From contig JAHLWS010000002.1 in the NCBI GenBank assembly GCA_019057795.1, forward strand, positions 1-12,196: 12,196 nt of DNA, read 5' to 3'. Source of the stretch: Promethearchaeota archaeon (GTDB lineage Archaea; Asgardarchaeota; Lokiarchaeia; Sigyniarchaeales; SOKP01). Positions 9,537 through 12,196 of this stretch are shown one piece after another; the stretch's first letter is position 1; each line of letters begins with the position of its first letter. Made by a program: the position numbers and the translations under genes. The notes below the pieces were generated by a model, which ran no database searches, was not told the origin of the DNA, and saw only the letters and a program-made list of their open reading frames with translations.

Positions 9537-11069
9537 ATGAAATTTCAAGAGAGAAGCTTTTTGGTTAAAGAAGGTTATCTAAGAAGAGGGGATCAAAAAA
9601 GGTTTTATCCCTTTGTATTTGAGGTTCCGGAAGGAATTGGAGAAATCCGGGTTAAGTTTTCATATTCTCCCCGAATTTTAAAGAATAAAGAAAAAAATTA
9701 TCAAATGATAGGAGGGGCCATAGAAGAGTACGTGAAGGATTACCCTCAAAAAGAAAAGATTTCAACTTTCTTAACTCTTATTAAAGATGCTTATCCCCTT
9801 ATTAAAAATGCTTATCCACTCAGGAATCTCTTGAATTTGTCATTGTATGATGCCAAAGGTAGTTTTGTGGGCAGGTGGGATCAAAATTCCGAGAGGCCTG
9901 TCAGGATAAGCAGCACTTATAGCAGCCCAGGATTTACTTCCTGCAAGATAATTCCAGGTTTCTGGAAGGTGGAAATGGAGACTCACGCTATAGTAACAGA
10001 GGAATGTAAATATAGATTAGAGATATCTTCGATCCAGCAGACAAATGGGGAGAATTTCAGTTCCTTTAAGAAAAAGTTGATCAATTCCTCAAGTTATAGA
10101 GATAACAAAGGTTGGTATAGAGGGGAATTACATGTTCATTCTCATCATAGTGATGGTAAAAATACACTACCAGAAATAATAGAAGGGACGAAAAGAGAAG
10201 GGTTGGATTTTATAGCTCTTACGGATCACAATACAGTAAGTGGGTTTAGCTCAATTCCAATGAGGGAGGATTTATTAATAATCAGGGGTATGGAACTTAC
10301 TACTTACTATGGTCATGCTCTGGCTTTGGGAATAACTTCCTTTATTGATTGGCATTCTAAAGAGAGGATGAGAAATATCAATGATATCATCGATGAAGTT
10401 CATTCCCAAAAAGGGCTGTTTGCAATAGCTCACCCCTTTTGTATTGGTGACCCTGTGTGTTCTGGATGTACCTGGAAGTTAGGGAATATAGACTATCAGA
10501 AGGTGGACTTAATAGAGGTTTGGGCTGGATGTTGGAAGAACAGGAAGATTGAGAACTACAAGAGTTTCAAATTATGGGATAAATTGTTAAATCAGGGATT
10601 AAAAGTAGTTGGTATCAGTGGCAGGGATTGGCATGATGTGAATGAGCGAAAAAGCGATGGTATTCCCAAAACCTTTGTATATGCCGATTCCCTTTCAGAG
10701 GATGAAATTCTAAAAGGGCTCAGAAAAGGGCAGGTGTTTGTTAGCTCAGGACCCCAATTGTTTTTCTCGGCAGAATGTGAGGATAAGAGATATAAGTGCG
10801 GTGATGAGATAAAGCTCACAGAAAAAAAGATCGTAAGCTTTCAAATTCAGGTAGAAAATCTTAAAGAGCTCTGCCAATTACAAGTGATAAAAAATGGTCT
10901 TAGATTCCTAAGTAGGTTTCTTAAAGAAGGAAAAAGTCAAAGAATTGAGTTTTCTGATTTGCCAGAAGAGGAGAGTTGGTATAGATGTGAAATTTATACA
11001 AAGGAGGATAAAGAACTTCTGTGTTTTACCAATCCTATAAGCATTACTCCTCTTTTAAGAAAACAATAA
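9537..11069 (+). CDS. PHP-domain metallohydrolase (CehA/McbA-like; putative phosphoesterase) with N- and C-terminal beta-rich domains
   Basis: PHP metal ligands WYRGELHVHSHHSDG, GLDFIALTDHN, GMELTTYYGH, IAHP, GRDWH, and the LKGLRKGQVFVSSGP motif. Start uncertain (GTG 9489 or ATG 9537). No signal peptide evident. Confidence 0.85.
   Translation: MKFQERSFLVKEGYLRRGDQKRFYPFVFEVPEGIGEIRVKFSYSPRILKNKEKNYQMIGGAIEEYVKDYPQKEKISTFLTLIKDAYPLIKNAYPLRNLLNLSLYDAKGSFVGRWDQNSERPVRISSTYSSPGFTSCKIIPGFWKVEMETHAIVTEECKYRLEISSIQQTNGENFSSFKKKLINSSSYRDNKGWYRGELHVHSHHSDGKNTLPEIIEGTKREGLDFIALTDHNTVSGFSSIPMREDLLIIRGMELTTYYGHALALGITSFIDWHSKERMRNINDIIDEVHSQKGLFAIAHPFCIGDPVCSGCTWKLGNIDYQKVDLIEVWAGCWKNRKIENYKSFKLWDKLLNQGLKVVGISGRDWHDVNERKSDGIPKTFVYADSLSEDEILKGLRKGQVFVSSGPQLFFSAECEDKRYKCGDEIKLTEKKIVSFQIQVENLKELCQLQVIKNGLRFLSRFLKEGKSQRIEFSDLPEEESWYRCEIYTKEDKELLCFTNPISITPLLRKQ
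9777..9818 (+). repeat. Tandem 21-bp in-frame duplication (LIKDAYP-LIKNAYP)
   Basis: CTTATTAAAGATGCTTATCCC followed directly by CTTATTAAAAATGCTTATCCA, 19 of 21 bases identical. Confidence 0.85.
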
Positions 11070-11092
11070 ATATTAAAGGACTGCTTACTTAA

Positions 11093-11151
11093 GGCAAAAC
11101 CATTCCTAAGGAAGGGGCGAAACTCCTAACTAAGAGGGACTTTGGTTTGTC
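11093..11151 (+). other. Predicted multi-stem RNA structure after the PHP gene (terminator-like or degenerate riboswitch-like)
   Basis: GGCAAAACCA (11093-11102) can pair with TGGTTTGTC (11143-11151), enclosing TTCC-TAA-GGAA and CTC..GAG hairpins; followed by ATTTT. Confidence 0.4.
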
Positions 11152-11163
11152 ATTTTAAAATAT

Positions 11164-11249
11164 TTGGTTTCAACCAATCCTATGCTTTTTCTTTAAAAGA
11201 TATATAATATTTATGATATAAATTTAATTAACTAATTGAGATCATCTCA
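11164..11249 (+). promoter_or_regulatory. Probable promoter/operator region of the GH38 gene
   Basis: Palindrome TTGGTT-TC-AACCAA (11164-11177), TATAAT (11203-11208) with no good -35 at canonical spacing, and palindrome TGAGAT-C-ATCTCA (11237-11249). Confidence 0.45.
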
Positions 11250-11288
11250 GTTTGTTTTAAAAGAGTAAAAAAGAAAGGAAAAATTAAA

Positions 11289-12196
11289 ATGGTTGCTAAT
11301 ATTAATAAAAAGCCCTACAAGGCATTCATTGTACCTCATACTCATTGGGATAGAGAATGGTATCAAACATTTCAACAATTTAGAATTAGATTGATTAATC
11401 TCATAAATAATCTAATTGATATATTAGAAAAAGATAAAACATTTAGTGATTTTACCTTAGATGGTCAGACCATTGTTCTGGAGGATTATTTAGAAGTCCA
11501 TCCCGAAAGGAGGGGAATTCTAAAAAAATATATCACTGAAGGCAGGATTCATGTCGGTCCCTGGTATATTCTTCCTGATGAATTTCTGGTGAGTGCAGAA
11601 TCGATTGTAAGAAATTTACTCTTAGGCCATAAAATTGCCTCTGAGTTCGGCAAAGTAATGAAGATTGGTTATATACCCGATCCTTTTGGCCATATATCCC
11701 AGATGCCTCAGGTCTTAAGAGGGTTTGGAATAGATAATATTATTTTCTGGCGAGGTATAGAATACGATCAGACCCAAGGGAATGAATTTATCTGGCAGGG
11801 TCCTGATGGAACAGACCTTTTTGCTGTTCATCTACCTAAAATCGGTTATTGTAATGCTATGAGTTTACCTGAAGATGTAGACCAGGCTTACAAGCTGATA
11901 AAAGAGACAATTGAAGATTTATTATCTCGAGAGACCTCAAAATCGCTATTATTATTAAATGGCGTTGATCATCTACAAGCTCAACCCCATATCCCCCGTT
12001 TAGCAAGAGAGTTAAACAAACGCTTTAGCGATATCAAGATAAAACAAGGGAACTTAAAAGAATATATAGACTATGCTAAAGAGACTGTAAAGCCTAATCT
12101 TAATAAAGTTACCGGTGAATTCAGATCAGGTAAGGATGCTCCGATTTTACAGAGTGTATATTCTTCCCGTATGTATATCAAACAGGCCAATGAAAG
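11289..12196 (+). CDS. Glycoside hydrolase family 38 alpha-mannosidase (MngB / mannosylglycerate hydrolase-like), N-terminal part; runs off the window
   Basis: Not in the ORF track. ATG 11289 after AAAGGA; my translation gives MVANINKKPYKAFIVPHTHWDREWY...FTLDGQTIVLEDYL...GPWYILPDEFLVSAESIVRNLLLG...GYIPDPFGHISQMPQ...WRG...NGVDH...SSRMYIKQANE with no stop. These are GH38 Zn-binding (HTHWD) and nucleophile (PDPFGH) motifs. Confidence 0.95.
   Translation, partial: MVANINKKPYKAFIVPHTHWDREWYQTFQQFRIRLINLINNLIDILEKDKTFSDFTLDGQTIVLEDYLEVHPERRGILKKYITEGRIHVGPWYILPDEFLVSAESIVRNLLLGHKIASEFGKVMKIGYIPDPFGHISQMPQVLRGFGIDNIIFWRGIEYDQTQGNEFIWQGPDGTDLFAVHLPKIGYCNAMSLPEDVDQAYKLIKETIEDLLSRETSKSLLLLNGVDHLQAQPHIPRLARELNKRFSDIKIKQGNLKEYIDYAKETVKPNLNKVTGEFRSGKDAPILQSVYSSRMYIKQANE

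Overview
All supportable genes lie on the + strand and form a carbohydrate-scavenging region of a bacterium that is probably anaerobic and diderm (inference; both binding proteins have non-lipoprotein signal peptides). Gene order: 3' end of a family-4 glycoside hydrolase (AglA-like); an orphan CUT1-type sugar-binding protein; an apparent relic of the 3' end of a URO-D-family gene; an intact URO-D/MtaA-like protein; a promoter with a ~330-nt leader; a complete Opp/Dpp-type (family 5) ABC importer, probably for oligosaccharides, with a perfect 36-bp palindrome after the binding-protein gene; a PHP-domain (CehA/McbA-like) metallohydrolase; a structured intergenic region; and the 5' part of a GH38 alpha-mannosidase (MngB-like) that the ORF track missed because it runs off the window. 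I see no mobile element, CRISPR array, rRNA or tRNA. The best leads are the in-frame URO-D relic joined to the sugar-binding gene by a single stop codon, the placement of a methyltransferase-like URO-D protein and a PHP hydrolase among glycosidases and glycan importers (a possible system for removing methyl or phosphate groups from sugars), and a GEMM-riboswitch-like element upstream of the GH38 gene. All functional proposals are inferences, not database results.
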